Source: a virus. From it: 64,000 bases of DNA. Positions 50,889-58,858 of the stretch are shown in pieces. Position 1 is the stretch's first letter. Each line of letters opens with the position of its first letter. Below the pieces are notes generated by a model. That model made no database searches and was not told the DNA's origin. It was given only the letters and a program-made list of their open reading frames with translations. Location of the stretch: positions 3,762-67,761 of IMG/VR virus record IMGVR_UViG_3300019776_000296; one strand, written 5' to 3'. The position numbers were made by a program, and so were the translations under genes.

Positions 50889-50940
50889 GGTGATTTCCCT
50901 TCATTGTGTGCCGCAATTGAACCCGCTTGCGGTGAGCGGT

Positions 50941-51014
50941 ACTGCTGTTGACTATCTGAGCCAACAAGAAAGCGACAGTGCGAAACATGCACTGCCGCAA
51001 TCCAATCGGTTCAG
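50941..51014 (-). ncRNA. Long-hairpin processing element LH3
   Basis: CUGAACCGAU...GCGGCAGUGC/GCACUGUCGC...UGUUGGCUCAG; the 3' arm can refold as UGUUGGCU/AGUCAACA. Confidence 0.55.
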
Positions 51015-51215
51015 CTAGCGGAGTCGATCACGGAACAGTGCGTGCCACCTGATCCACTCCTCTAAGCCTCTTGCATCCCACAACGGCATGCCATCGATGA
51101 CGCTATGCGTCGGCGGCGGCGTGCCATCGTAACGTCTGCGCCAGTTCGCAACTGCCGCAGGAGTAACACCCAGGACATCCGCGATATGGGCACCGCCCCA
51201 AAGCATTTCGCTCAT
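51015..51215 (-). CDS. Small HTH DNA-binding protein (excisionase/MerR-like)
   Basis: AHIADVLGVTPAAVANWRRR...P.P...PLW. Confidence 0.8.
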   Translation of the reverse strand: MSEMLWGGAHIADVLGVTPAAVANWRRRYDGTPPPTHSVIDGMPLWDARGLEEWIRWHALFRDRLR

Positions 51216-51439
51216 GGCTGCGCCCAACCAACACATCTGGTTGTTACCGGATTGCACTGCACCGGGCCGTTAGTCCACCCTCCGTAGTAGCCGGGGATAT
51301 TCCAGGTGTCCTGCAACTGCCCGTTCCACGGAGCAGGCTGACAGCCACTCTGGTTCATCACCCCCTGGCACGGAGAAGCAGAACTGACCGGCGCACAAAC
51401 AAACGCCAAAAGCATTGCAACACAAACGATTACACGCAT
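51212..51439 (-). CDS. Small secreted Cys-containing protein
   Basis: Signal peptide MRVIVCVAMLLAFVCAPVSSA; four Cys in the mature part. Confidence 0.65.
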   Translation of the reverse strand: MRVIVCVAMLLAFVCAPVSSASPCQGVMNQSGCQPAPWNGQLQDTWNIPGYYGGWTNGPVQCNPVTTRCVGWAQP

Positions 51440-51594
51440 CAGTAACCCACCTCATCAAGCAACGCTTCCGCTTTGCGGATCAGGTACTGGATCGCCTCAC
51501 GCTCGTCTGCGCTGTTCCCGTTGCGCGACATCTCCCTGACATCGTCAAGGGCTGTACGCAAAGAGATCAATGCATCTTCGCTGACTTCCTCCAT
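51439..51594 (-). CDS. Small hypothetical protein (51 aa, below ORF-track cutoff)
   Basis: MEEVSEDALISLR...; SD GGAAGGG; stop overlaps the next ATG. Confidence 0.6.
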   Translation of the reverse strand: MEEVSEDALISLRTALDDVREMSRNGNSADEREAIQYLIRKAEALLDEVGY

Positions 51595-51644
51595 GATCTT
51601 CCCTTCCAATTATGTTGCGCCACACCATGATTGGTATGACATCA

Positions 51645-51712
51645 ACGTGTGCCAACTGGGAGTCGAACCCAGAGCAATCAACCCGAAAGTTGTTGCAGCC
51701 CAATGCAAGCAC
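51645..51712 (-). ncRNA. tRNA-like element TLE2
   Basis: Imperfect GUGCUUG/UUGGCAC acceptor; CUGGG-UUCGACU-CCCAG; CAUUGGGC; tail ACGU. Confidence 0.72.
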
Positions 51713-51719
51713 CCAATGA

Positions 51720-52247
51720 CTAGACCCGACGCGGCTCAGCCGAATCGATCCAGTCCAACCGCCACGGGAACAAATCCCGGTAGCAGTCAGCGCACACATC
51801 AAACTTCACACGATGCGAGGCATGCGTGACGTAGATGATGTGGTCAACCTGTAACTCGTAACGATCACACGGATCGCACTTGTCACCACAGTTCATGCAG
51901 ACCAGGTAGTCGGCATCGAACTGAATTTCGTTGGGAGTCTTACTCATTCATTCACCTCCCTTCGACTTGATCATGTTGGCAACAGCCAGAGCCAGCTTCA
52001 CTGGCCCTTCCTTGACTGTCATCAGATGAAGACCTGACTCGTGGTCAATCCACCAATGCCCGTTGTCGGACAAGCGAATTCGGTGATCTGGATTCTCCAG
52101 GTCAGCCTCGCCACGATGAGCAGCACTCCACACCAGCAGCACCGGATCGCCAGTGCCACCGTTGTCACGCACCGGCCTGCAATACAGGCCATGCTGCTGA
52201 CGCAACAGATGGGTGGTGTTCATCAGGATGTTCAAATCGTTTCTCAT
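51720..52247 (-). CDS. Two hypothetical genes (51948-52247 and Cys-rich 51720-51947)
   Basis: SDs present; adjacent stop and start. Confidence 0.6.
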
Positions 52248-52293
52248 TGGTTCCCTTCCAATTGTGTTGCACCCCAACGGTGTTGGGGTATCA

Positions 52294-52362
52294 ACGTGTG
52301 CATGGTGGGAGTCGAACCCACAGCAAAAACTTTTGAAAGTCATTGCAGCCCAATGCATGCAC
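52294..52362 (-). ncRNA. tRNA-like element TLE3
   Basis: GUGCAUG/CAUGCAC; GUGGG-UUCGACU-CCCAC; CAUUGGGC; tail ACGU. Confidence 0.8.
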
Positions 52363-52368
52363 TACCAC

Positions 52369-52859
52369 CTAGTCGGGATCGCGACGAGGCGGCTCACCAG
52401 CCCACTCAGCAGGAGTCATGCTCCACCTCCACGCCAAAGGGTTAGGAGGCAGGTCACAGCCCTGCACAGGGCCAAGCCGTACCGCCTCATCCTGACAGGC
52501 AAGGCAGCACGGATTCCCTTGTGGGCCATACAGTCTCGCAAACAATGAATTCATCTTGCGAGCCATCAGTTGCTCCGCGAGGTGACTGCGTGATGGATCA
52601 GTTCAGCCAATCGCGTTGCGTCACACCAGTATCTGTGAACATCCTCCGCAGCACGCTGCTCGTAGCCGACGTGCATGATGCGAAAGCCATCGTCCAGGTC
52701 ATTGACGGCATCCCAGATGACTGCCGTCTCGTACTTGACCTTGGTGTCCACATACCAGGGAGGCAGAGCGATTGTCGAAACAGTCACTGTGCCAATGGAT
52801 TCCAGTTCAAACTCGTTGTGCCGAATCTTGACCGGCATAACGGATTCGTAATCAAACAT
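52369..52859 (-). CDS. Two coupled hypothetical genes (52566-52859, 52369-52566)
   Basis: SD GAAGGGAAG; TGATG coupling. Confidence 0.6.
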
Positions 52860-52899
52860 GGTGTGTGCTTCCCTTCACTGTGTTGTGTATTGCATTGCT

Positions 52900-53324
52900 G
52901 CACAACGGAATTCAATTCGGACAATCGAAAAGCCTTGGAAACTGTGAAGTTCCAAGGTTGTTATAACCCACTGCCGTCGCGAGACAGGGGGGGTCGGACT
53001 CACGAATCCGGCTTCCGGTATGGCAACCGTCAACCACAGGTCGAGGTGGGTAGGAAGCTGGGCTAACTACCCGCCCCGAATTGGTGACGGCAGACATAGT
53101 CCACCCCCTGGTTAGGTGGCCTAACTACCACCTGGAAGTAGACAGACTGATCCCCTAAATCGAATGGCGAAATTTTCGAATCCCGTTGCGCCGGTTGTCG
53201 ATTCAACCGTGACCGGGCACGCGCACCGCATGCCCAGACATGGACGAACCGAATCACGTTGTGCCACAAGAGAATTGAAATGTGGTGGGGCGCAACCACT
53301 TTCGCGGCACGCCCCACCACCACG
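52900..53324 (-). ncRNA. Candidate multi-stem structured RNA region
   Basis: ~425-nt gap with several strong stems and possible pseudoknots (see findings). Confidence 0.4.
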
Positions 53325-53525
53325 TCAGCACCTAGCGGTATCACCAGAGATGTTGTGCGACAACGCATTCCGTGTTACCGCCTGTGAAAGGTGGTGGCAC
53401 AGTTCATACGTTGCCTCATACAACGCTTCAGAAGTCGCGTCACCATCTGAGGTGACGTGAGCGTCAGCGTATCCCTGGTGGCATTCGATGGCACGATTGA
53501 GCGCATCGATGAGTGCCTGAGACAT
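53325..53525 (-). CDS. Hypothetical protein
   Basis: ACACAAGGGAGAGAAC leader. Confidence 0.65.
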   Translation of the reverse strand: MSQALIDALNRAIECHQGYADAHVTSDGDATSEALYEATYELCHHLSQAVTRNALSHNISGDTARC

Positions 53526-53565
53526 GTTCTCTCCCTTGTGTTTTCAACTGCCCCAACATGGGACA

Positions 53566-53634
53566 TGGTGTGCCGCAGTGGAATTGAACCACCGTCACCC
53601 TGAAGGGTGATACGCACCAATTGCGTTGCGGCAC
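53566..53634 (-). ncRNA. tRNA-like element TLE4 (cloverleaf, ACCA end)
   Basis: GUGCCGCA/UGCGGCAC; ACGCA-AUUGG-UGCGU; UCACCC-UUCA-GGGUGA; GUGG-UUCAAUU-CCAC; ACCA. Confidence 0.8.
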
Positions 53635-53641
53635 TACACGA

Positions 53642-54040
53642 TTACTTGGACTTCGACGGGTGGTAGTCGCCACCGTCCCAGTGACCGCGCTTCATCATGG
53701 CATCTGCCATGACCCGAATGACCTTGTGCGCCTTGACATTTCGCTTAACCAGGTGGCCTTCACCCTGGTTGTCCAGCGTGTAAACGTCATACCGTCCCGG
53801 TGCCACGTCAGTGACCACCAGGTCGAACACGCCGTCATAGTATTCACGCTGCGAAATGCCTTGCGTCACAACAACTTTGCCGCTCTTGCCGGGGATGCAT
53901 GCCCTGGAAAGTGTTGCGACAGTTGCGGTTTCGCCACGGAAGTCCGTCACCGTATCGCCGGGGAAGACCTGCTTGCCGGTCTTCTCGTTGAAGGCGAACA
54001 GAGCGGGACGCTTGACGAAAGTGATTGCGTTGCTTGCCAT
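53642..54040 (-). CDS. Hypothetical protein
   Basis: SD AGGGA; PGDTVTDFRGE motif. Confidence 0.65.
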   Translation of the reverse strand: MASNAITFVKRPALFAFNEKTGKQVFPGDTVTDFRGETATVATLSRACIPGKSGKVVVTQGISQREYYDGVFDLVVTDVAPGRYDVYTLDNQGEGHLVKRNVKAHKVIRVMADAMMKRGHWDGGDYHPSKSK

Positions 54041-54116
54041 TTCAGATTCCCTATCATGTGTTGTGTTGTGCCACACCAGGATTGGTGCAGCCTGCTCCAG
54101 CCGGATGGCCGGGGCA

Positions 54117-54180
54117 TTGTGGACTGTGGGACGTTTGAAGCCCTACCCCACAACAGCCGAAAGCTGTTGCGGCACAGTCC
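54117..54180 (-). ncRNA. tRNA-like element TLE5
   Basis: GGACUGUG/CACAGUCC; single long arm; GGGC-UUCAAAC-GUCC; ACAA. Confidence 0.75.
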
Positions 54181-54195
54181 ATTCGAGATGTAGTG

Positions 54196-54513
54196 CTAGA
54201 TGCGGTACTGGCTACCGGCTTCGAAATCGCCTGCCAGCCAACGGATTACGGTCTCCCGCTTACGGGCCGTCTTGCCGTCGAGCATCGTCCACTCGCCACC
54301 AGACCAGCGGTCTGCGCCGGATGGCCTGACGTGCAACCATGCGGCAGTGATGCCGCACCGGCTGCTGTAGACAACCGTCACCCGGTATCGCGCCAGCTTT
54401 GTGGTCTGGTCGAAGGTGACCTCCATGCCGCCACGGAATTCGGTTGTGTCCCAACCGTTTTCGTTGGCGGTGCTGTTGATCATGGCCGGGGTGAAGTTAG
54501 CCAATGCACTCAT
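54196..54513 (-). CDS. Hypothetical protein
   Basis: SD GGGAG before ATG at 54513. Confidence 0.65.
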   Translation of the reverse strand: MSALANFTPAMINSTANENGWDTTEFRGGMEVTFDQTTKLARYRVTVVYSSRCGITAAWLHVRPSGADRWSGGEWTMLDGKTARKRETVIRWLAGDFEAGSQYRI

Positions 54514-54571
54514 TTCTCTTGTCTCCCATGCGTTTTGAATCATCAACTGCCACACCGGAATTGGTGCGGCA

Positions 54572-54646
54572 TGGTGTGGCTGGAGGAATCGAACCTCACC
54601 AGCATGACGCTGGCACCTCACCCCAAACACGTTGGGGCGCAACCAC
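54572..54646 (-). ncRNA. tRNA-like element TLE6 (ACCA end)
   Basis: GUGGUUG/CAGCCAC; two internal arms; GAGG-UUCGAUU-CCUC; ACCA. Confidence 0.8.
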
Positions 54647-54656
54647 ATTCGAAGAG

Positions 54657-55379
54657 CTACTTGCTCTTCTTCTCCTTCTTCACGGAGAACAGCACAGACT
54701 TCCGACCGTAGATGCACAAACCGCAACGGGCACAAGCACTTCCGCGCTGATCGATCAGCGGCAGTGCCCCGTTATTCTCCGGACACCTTGTGGCACCAGG
54801 GAATTCGGCCTGAGCATCAGCGAAAGTCTCGCCAACGTAGGCGACGTTAATGCCTTGCGCCGCAAGGTGTTTCGCCGCTGTGATGTTGTCGCGGTCACCG
54901 CTGAAGTACAGCCCAAGGTTGGGCAGGTTCAGCTTGTGCAGGTACACGGCAGAACCGGGCACCCTGGTGTACACCCAGAACTGTGTGTCCTGGTGTGCCG
55001 CAACAACTTTCGACCAGGCAATCATGTAGTCGGTGCTGAAGAAGTCACCGTCCCAATGGATTCGGAAAAGCTTTGGCGCAGAACGCTTCTCGCATTCGGC
55101 CTCGAAATCCGTGATCATCTGGTCGAGCATGTCGAACATCTCGCTGCGTGAAATGCCTTGCAGTGCATCCCAATTGCGCTTCAGCAGTGCGGAGACTGCG
55201 GGGCGCAACCGTTCAAGCTTGCCTGCGTAGCAGATCAGCGCACAGAACGCGGTCTGTGCAATGCACGAGAACGCTTCACCGGAGGGGATGCCAAAGCTGT
55301 TGGCTACCAACGGCTTTGTGCCAGCCTTGTTCACGGCAGAAGCGACCTTAGTGTCATTACTGCGCTGGAGATTGGACAT
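54657..55379 (-). CDS. GP88-like (radical-SAM-like Cys cluster) protein
   Basis: SFGIPSG...C...C...CYA, FRIHWDGDFFS, FWVYTR, CARCGLC motifs. Confidence 0.75.
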   Translation of the reverse strand: MSNLQRSNDTKVASAVNKAGTKPLVANSFGIPSGEAFSCIAQTAFCALICYAGKLERLRPAVSALLKRNWDALQGISRSEMFDMLDQMITDFEAECEKRSAPKLFRIHWDGDFFSTDYMIAWSKVVAAHQDTQFWVYTRVPGSAVYLHKLNLPNLGLYFSGDRDNITAAKHLAAQGINVAYVGETFADAQAEFPGATRCPENNGALPLIDQRGSACARCGLCIYGRKSVLFSVKKEKKSK

Positions 55380-55439
55380 GTTGTCTTACCTCTTCCCTTG
55401 TGTGTATCTTCAACTGCCGCAACGGGATTCGTTACAGCA

Positions 55440-55497
55440 TGGTGTGCCGCAGAGGTTTCGAACCTCAGCGTCACGCTAGCCAAAAGGCTTGCGGCAC
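55440..55497 (-). ncRNA. tRNA-like element TLE7 (58-nt miniature cloverleaf, ACCA end)
   Basis: GUGCCGCA AGCC-UUUU-GGCU AGCG-UGA-CGCU GAGG-UUCGAAA-CCUC UGCGGCAC ACCA. Confidence 0.85.
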
Positions 55498-55509
55498 TAG
55501 TGGTTTGGC

Positions 55510-55836
55510 TTAGAGGTAGGTGAATTCGTAACGGATGCCACGAGATTCGGTGTCGTCCAAGCCGGTGTTGATGTAGAACTCGATCAGCCTGTCGTCATCG
55601 ATGGCAGCCGAAAAGTATTCGGCCACAGTGCTTTTCGTACCGGACAGGTAGTTCATGCACGTCCACAGCAGCGACTCGTAGTCGCTGGTGTAGCTGTGTT
55701 CGTAATACCTTGCGCCGCAATCGATGTCGATGCCACAGGCGAACTCTTGCATGGTCACGATGCCACGCCGCACGGTGTCGTGCAGCGCAACAACGTAGCC
55801 AAGGGCATCGTTGCCGTGAAGAATCTTTGTGATCAT
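55510..55836 (-). CDS. Hypothetical protein
   Basis: AAACACAAGGGAGAGAAC leader. Confidence 0.65.
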   Translation of the reverse strand: MITKILHGNDALGYVVALHDTVRRGIVTMQEFACGIDIDCGARYYEHSYTSDYESLLWTCMNYLSGTKSTVAEYFSAAIDDDRLIEFYINTGLDDTESRGIRYEFTYL

Positions 55837-55879
55837 CGTTCTCTCCCTTGTGTTTACAACCTGCACCCGGTCGGATGCA

Positions 55880-55960
55880 TTGTGCGACTGGAGGATTCGA
55901 ACCTCACCGCCACCAGGACGGCACCTCACTGCATCACGAGATGTGTTGCAGCGCAGTCGC
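55880..55960 (-). ncRNA. tRNA-like element TLE8
   Basis: GCGACUG/CAGUCGC; two arms with an AGGU linker as in TLE6; GAGG-UUCGAAU-CCUC; ACAA. Confidence 0.8.
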
Positions 55961-55967
55961 TTTCGAG

Positions 55968-56210
55968 CTAGACCACCTTGCCGTTACGGATGTTGGCGTA
56001 CCACTTGCGGTTCGTCCACGGGTTCGGCCCGACGATCACGTCAGACGACGTGAGTTGCGGGTCATCGATGCCGTAGAACGTGCCGCGATTGTTGATCGCC
56101 GACGTGTCTTCCAGACGCACGGAATCCGGTGCGTAGCTTACGAATTCGCGGAATGCCTTCTTGCTTGCGAACTCGCCGCCGGATGCGTCGGTAGCGTAAA
56201 GGTTTGACAT
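55968..56210 (-). CDS. Hypothetical protein
   Basis: SD GGGAG; SKKAFRE...VGPNPW..RKWYA motif. Confidence 0.7.
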   Translation of the reverse strand: MSNLYATDASGGEFASKKAFREFVSYAPDSVRLEDTSAINNRGTFYGIDDPQLTSSDVIVGPNPWTNRKWYANIRNGKVV

Positions 56211-56231
56211 GGTATCTCCCAATTGTGTTGC

Positions 56232-56314
56232 GCCACATACCGTGTGGCCCGGCCTGCCCAGTAAGGCAAGGACACAGCCAGACGAATCTGGCTGTGCCCC
56301 AACGTCACTGGACG
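56232..56314 (-). ncRNA. Long-hairpin processing element LH4
   Basis: CCAGUGA-CGUUG-GGGCACAGCCAGA-UUCG-UCUGGCUGUGUCC-UUGCC-UUACUGG. Confidence 0.7.
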
Positions 56315-56554
56315 TTACTTGCGTCGGAGAACAGGGTTGACGTTAGGCACATGTGCCACAACGATTTTCAGCTCCACGCAATACCCTTCAGGGCAAAGGG
56401 ATTGCATGTGGTCAACAGCGTTGCGAATGTGTAATGCGGTGTCGCGCTGCCGTTTTGCCACGCCGGTCATACCCTCACGCTCAGCCCGGTCTGCCTCGCA
56501 TTCAAATGCGACGACAGTGTCCATCGAATTGATGTGGATTGAGTACTCAGACAT
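56315..56554 (-). CDS. Hypothetical protein
   Basis: SD GGGAG before ATG at 56554. Confidence 0.65.
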   Translation of the reverse strand: MSEYSIHINSMDTVVAFECEADRAEREGMTGVAKRQRDTALHIRNAVDHMQSLCPEGYCVELKIVVAHVPNVNPVLRRK

Positions 56555-56601
56555 GTTGTCTCCCAATGTGATTCACTACTGCGCTACCAGGTAGCAGCGC
56601 A

Positions 56602-56667
56602 TGGTGGGTTGCCGGGGATCGAACCCGTCACAGTGTGAGCCGCCCGTAATACGTTGCGACACAACCC
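56602..56667 (-). ncRNA. tRNA-like element TLE9 (ACCA end)
   Basis: GGGUUGU/GCAACCC; CGGG-UUCGAUC-CCCG; ACCA. Confidence 0.78.
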
Positions 56668-56673
56668 ATTTTG

Positions 56674-56832
56674 TTACCGGCGTGCCCAGTCGAGCCACCA
56701 CAAGGTGGCCCACGAGTACGGCCCGATAAGCAGGACGAACAGTGCGCCGTTCCAGATCACAGCGAGGTTGGCAAGGCCAACGAACGCCGTAATGGCAAGC
56801 AGCACAACAAGTATCAACTTGAGTGTGTTCAT
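56674..56832 (-). CDS. Small membrane protein (52 aa, below ORF-track cutoff)
   Basis: MNTLKLILVVLLAITAFVGLANLAVIW...; SD GGAG. Confidence 0.6.
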   Translation of the reverse strand: MNTLKLILVVLLAITAFVGLANLAVIWNGALFVLLIGPYSWATLWWLDWARR

Positions 56833-56875
56833 CTTTCGTTTCTCCATCCTTACTGCTGCACCGTGATTCGATGCA

Positions 56876-56932
56876 TGGTGCTACTGCGGGAGTCGAACCC
56901 TTGCCGCCCGTAATACGTTGCGGCACAGTAGC
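56876..56932 (-). ncRNA. tRNA-like element TLE10 (ACCA end)
   Basis: GCUACUG/CAGUAGC; one arm UGCCGC/GCGGCA; GGG-UUCGACU-CCC; ACCA. Confidence 0.78.
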
Positions 56933-56940
56933 TTTCGAGA

Positions 56941-57240
56941 TTAGACGAGATCGTGGTGCAGGTACTCTTCGTCGTGCCCTTCACCGTCGAGGAACTGAAC
57001 CCGAATGCGGGTATCGATGGTCACCTTGCGGCTGTCGAGCAGGCTGAAAAGCGTTGCGGCACAGTCACTGTCGAGGTGGCTCTGGAAGATGACCCACTCA
57101 CGGTTGAAGTAGGCGATCTCGTGGTATTGCGTTGCCCCGTAACGTGATTCGGGGCTGCCTACCTGAATGAAGCTGTGCGACAACGCACGCTCCACACCAT
57201 CGACCACGACAGTTCCTGTGCTGATCTGTGTTGCCTTCAT
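56941..57240 (-). CDS. Hypothetical protein
   Basis: SD GGGAG before ATG at 57240. Confidence 0.65.
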   Translation of the reverse strand: MKATQISTGTVVVDGVERALSHSFIQVGSPESRYGATQYHEIAYFNREWVIFQSHLDSDCAATLFSLLDSRKVTIDTRIRVQFLDGEGHDEEYLHHDLV

Positions 57241-57261
57241 CTCTTGTCTCCCAACTACTTT

Positions 57262-57352
57262 CGCTGCATGCCGTGCAGCACGGTCTGCCAATGAGGCAAG
57301 GACACAGGCAGGTACATTGCTGTAACTGCCTGTGCCCCAACGCCATTGGACG
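57262..57352 (-). ncRNA. Long-hairpin processing element LH5
   Basis: CCAAUGG-CGUUG-GGGCACAGGCAG...CUGCCUGUGUCC-UUGCC-UCAUUGG; covaries with LH4. Confidence 0.7.
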
Positions 57353-57592
57353 TTAGAGATAGCTTGCGGAGTAGACGAACCCGTCGCTGAACGCATCACC
57401 GGCGACCTTGCCATGCTTGCGTTCGTAGTTCTGTTCGTCGCGCTCCAGGTCATACCCGTCACGCCACGCCGCATTCACACCAGCTTTGAAGTGCCGCAAC
57501 AGGTTTCGGTCTTCCAGGTACTGGGCGTAGCCGCCGTCGTCACCGGGGAATTCCTCCAGCATGCGCTGCACATCTGCGATTGTGTATGCCAT
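57353..57592 (-). CDS. Hypothetical protein
   Basis: ACACAAAGGGAG leader. Confidence 0.65.
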   Translation of the reverse strand: MAYTIADVQRMLEEFPGDDGGYAQYLEDRNLLRHFKAGVNAAWRDGYDLERDEQNYERKHGKVAGDAFSDGFVYSASYL

Positions 57593-57614
57593 TTCCGTTA
57601 TCTCCCTTTGTGTT

Positions 57615-57683
57615 TGGCTTGTCTCTTCAGTGGGTAGGTAGCCAACCTGTCCCAGACCCGTTGCAACGCAACGGGTTTCGACA
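57615..57683 (-). ncRNA. Type II hammerhead ribozyme HH1 (canonical core, GUC site)
   Basis: UGUC GAAA CCCGUUGC-GUU-GCAACGGG UC|UGGG..AGGU-UGGCU-ACCU..CCCA CUGAAGA GACA AGCCA; loop I UGGCU pairs with the 3' AGCCA. Confidence 0.92.
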
Positions 57684-57687
57684 TTAT

Positions 57688-57975
57688 CTAGTGGCCGCAA
57701 TCCTCAGCGGGTTGCAGCCAGACGCTCACCATGTCGCGGTGGATGCCCTCCGTGCTGCCGTTGTCAACCGTCAACATGCCGTTGACGAAAAGGCTTGCAC
57801 TGGAAGGGATTCCGAACATCTCCAGCACCGTGGTGACAACGTCATTGGCAGACATGGCCTGTCCCGCAACGCCGCCAATGATGAAGGACGGCGTGTCGAG
57901 AATGGTTTTCTGCCAACCGTTTTCGATCACGGTGCGAAGGATGCCCACGACATGGTTTCCGTAGTAAGTGGTCAT
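57688..57975 (-). CDS. Hypothetical protein
   Basis: CACAAAGGGAGAGAAC leader. Confidence 0.65.
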   Translation of the reverse strand: MTTYYGNHVVGILRTVIENGWQKTILDTPSFIIGGVAGQAMSANDVVTTVLEMFGIPSSASLFVNGMLTVDNGSTEGIHRDMVSVWLQPAEDCGH

Positions 57976-57997
57976 TTCTGTTCTCTCCCTTTGTGAT

Positions 57998-58066
57998 TGG
58001 CTTGTCTCGTCAGTACGGCGGGAGCCACCCAACCGCAGTCCCGGTGCGTTGCACCGGGATTCGACA
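57998..58066 (-). ncRNA. Type II hammerhead ribozyme HH2 (variant U15.1-A16.1, GAC site)
   Basis: UGUC GAAU CCCGGUGC-AAC-GCACCGGG AC|UGCGG-U-UGGG-UGGCU-CCCG-CCGUA CUGACGA GACA AGCCA. Confidence 0.85.
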
Positions 58067-58070
58067 GCTA

Positions 58071-58400
58071 CTAGCTGTAGTAGCGTCCGACCACAACCCG
58101 CTCGTAATCCGGTGTGGTGCAACCGAATTCGATGGGCCACCGCACCAGGACACCGCTGAAGAACGAGTCGGTCTGGATGCCGTCCCAACGCTGCAACGAA
58201 TCCGGCACGCCAGCCGCGAAATGCGTTGGCACATAGCTGAATTCGTTCACGTCGTAGAAGCTGCCCAGGTACTGGAAGATACGCGGCGAGAAACGATCCT
58301 CGCCCTCGACGTAGTCGAACCAGTGCTGCTCAGCGACCGGCACCTGATCAACCGAAATCAGTTCGCGGGGAACATTATTGGTGATGATGGTGATGGACAT
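58071..58400 (-). CDS. Hypothetical protein
   Basis: ACACAAAGGGAGAGAAC leader; WDGIQTDSFFSGVLV motif. Confidence 0.7.
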   Translation of the reverse strand: MSITIITNNVPRELISVDQVPVAEQHWFDYVEGEDRFSPRIFQYLGSFYDVNEFSYVPTHFAAGVPDSLQRWDGIQTDSFFSGVLVRWPIEFGCTTPDYERVVVGRYYS

Positions 58401-58447
58401 TGTTCTCTCCCTTTGTGTTTGGGTCTGCCTCACCGGACGGTGAAGCA

Positions 58448-58505
58448 TTGTGCGACTGCGGGATTCGAACCCACGCTGCCCGGTAATGCGTTGCAGCACA
58501 GTCGC
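58448..58505 (-). ncRNA. tRNA-like element TLE11
   Basis: GCGACUG/CAGUCGC; arm UGCUGC/GCAGCG; UGGG-UUCGAAU-CCCG; ACAA. Confidence 0.78.
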
Positions 58506-58512
58506 TTTCGAT

Positions 58513-58836
58513 CTAGGCCGAACGTGTCACCAGGTACAGCCTGCCCTGGTGGCGCGAGGTGGTGACGGAGTACTTAACCGGCGGGATTGTCCACTGCCCG
58601 TTGGCATGCCACGCAATTGGCGTGGCGTAGCTGTAGACAGCGAAGAAATCCGTTGCCGCAGAAGCGGTTTCGAAGTCGCCGTGGTACTCGTCAGGCAGCT
58701 TGCCGACGCTGGTCGGATGCGACCAACCACCACCAGTGAAGATGGGGCGAGTCGAACCGAAAACCGTTCCGTTGCAATTGAATTCGCGACGGTCACGGAT
58801 CAGCGTGGGGATGCTGCTGAGGGTTGCCTTGATCAT
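58513..58836 (-). CDS. Hypothetical protein
   Basis: SD GGGAGG; VYSYATPIAW...YSVTTSRHQ motif. Confidence 0.7.
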   Translation of the reverse strand: MIKATLSSIPTLIRDRREFNCNGTVFGSTRPIFTGGGWSHPTSVGKLPDEYHGDFETASAATDFFAVYSYATPIAWHANGQWTIPPVKYSVTTSRHQGRLYLVTRSA

Positions 58837-58858
58837 TTCTCTTACCTCCCAATAGGTT

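Noticed and set aside
50904-50930. Thirteenth tRNA-like element (GGGUUCAAUUGCGGCACACAA)
   Set aside because: The T-loop-like sequence has no closing T-stem or convincing 5' acceptor strand. The gap is better explained by long hairpin LH3.
53566-54646. TLE4 and TLE6 as UCA-anticodon (opal suppressor or Sec) tRNAs
   Set aside because: UCA appears in the third-arm loops, but they are not canonical 7-nt loops with U33. Linker and variable regions are missing, and TGA is used as a normal stop throughout the window.
56232-57352. LH4 and LH5 as twister, pistol, HDV-like or hairpin ribozymes
   Set aside because: I could not fit the conserved core nucleotides or topology of those classes by eye. They are kept as unclassified long hairpins.
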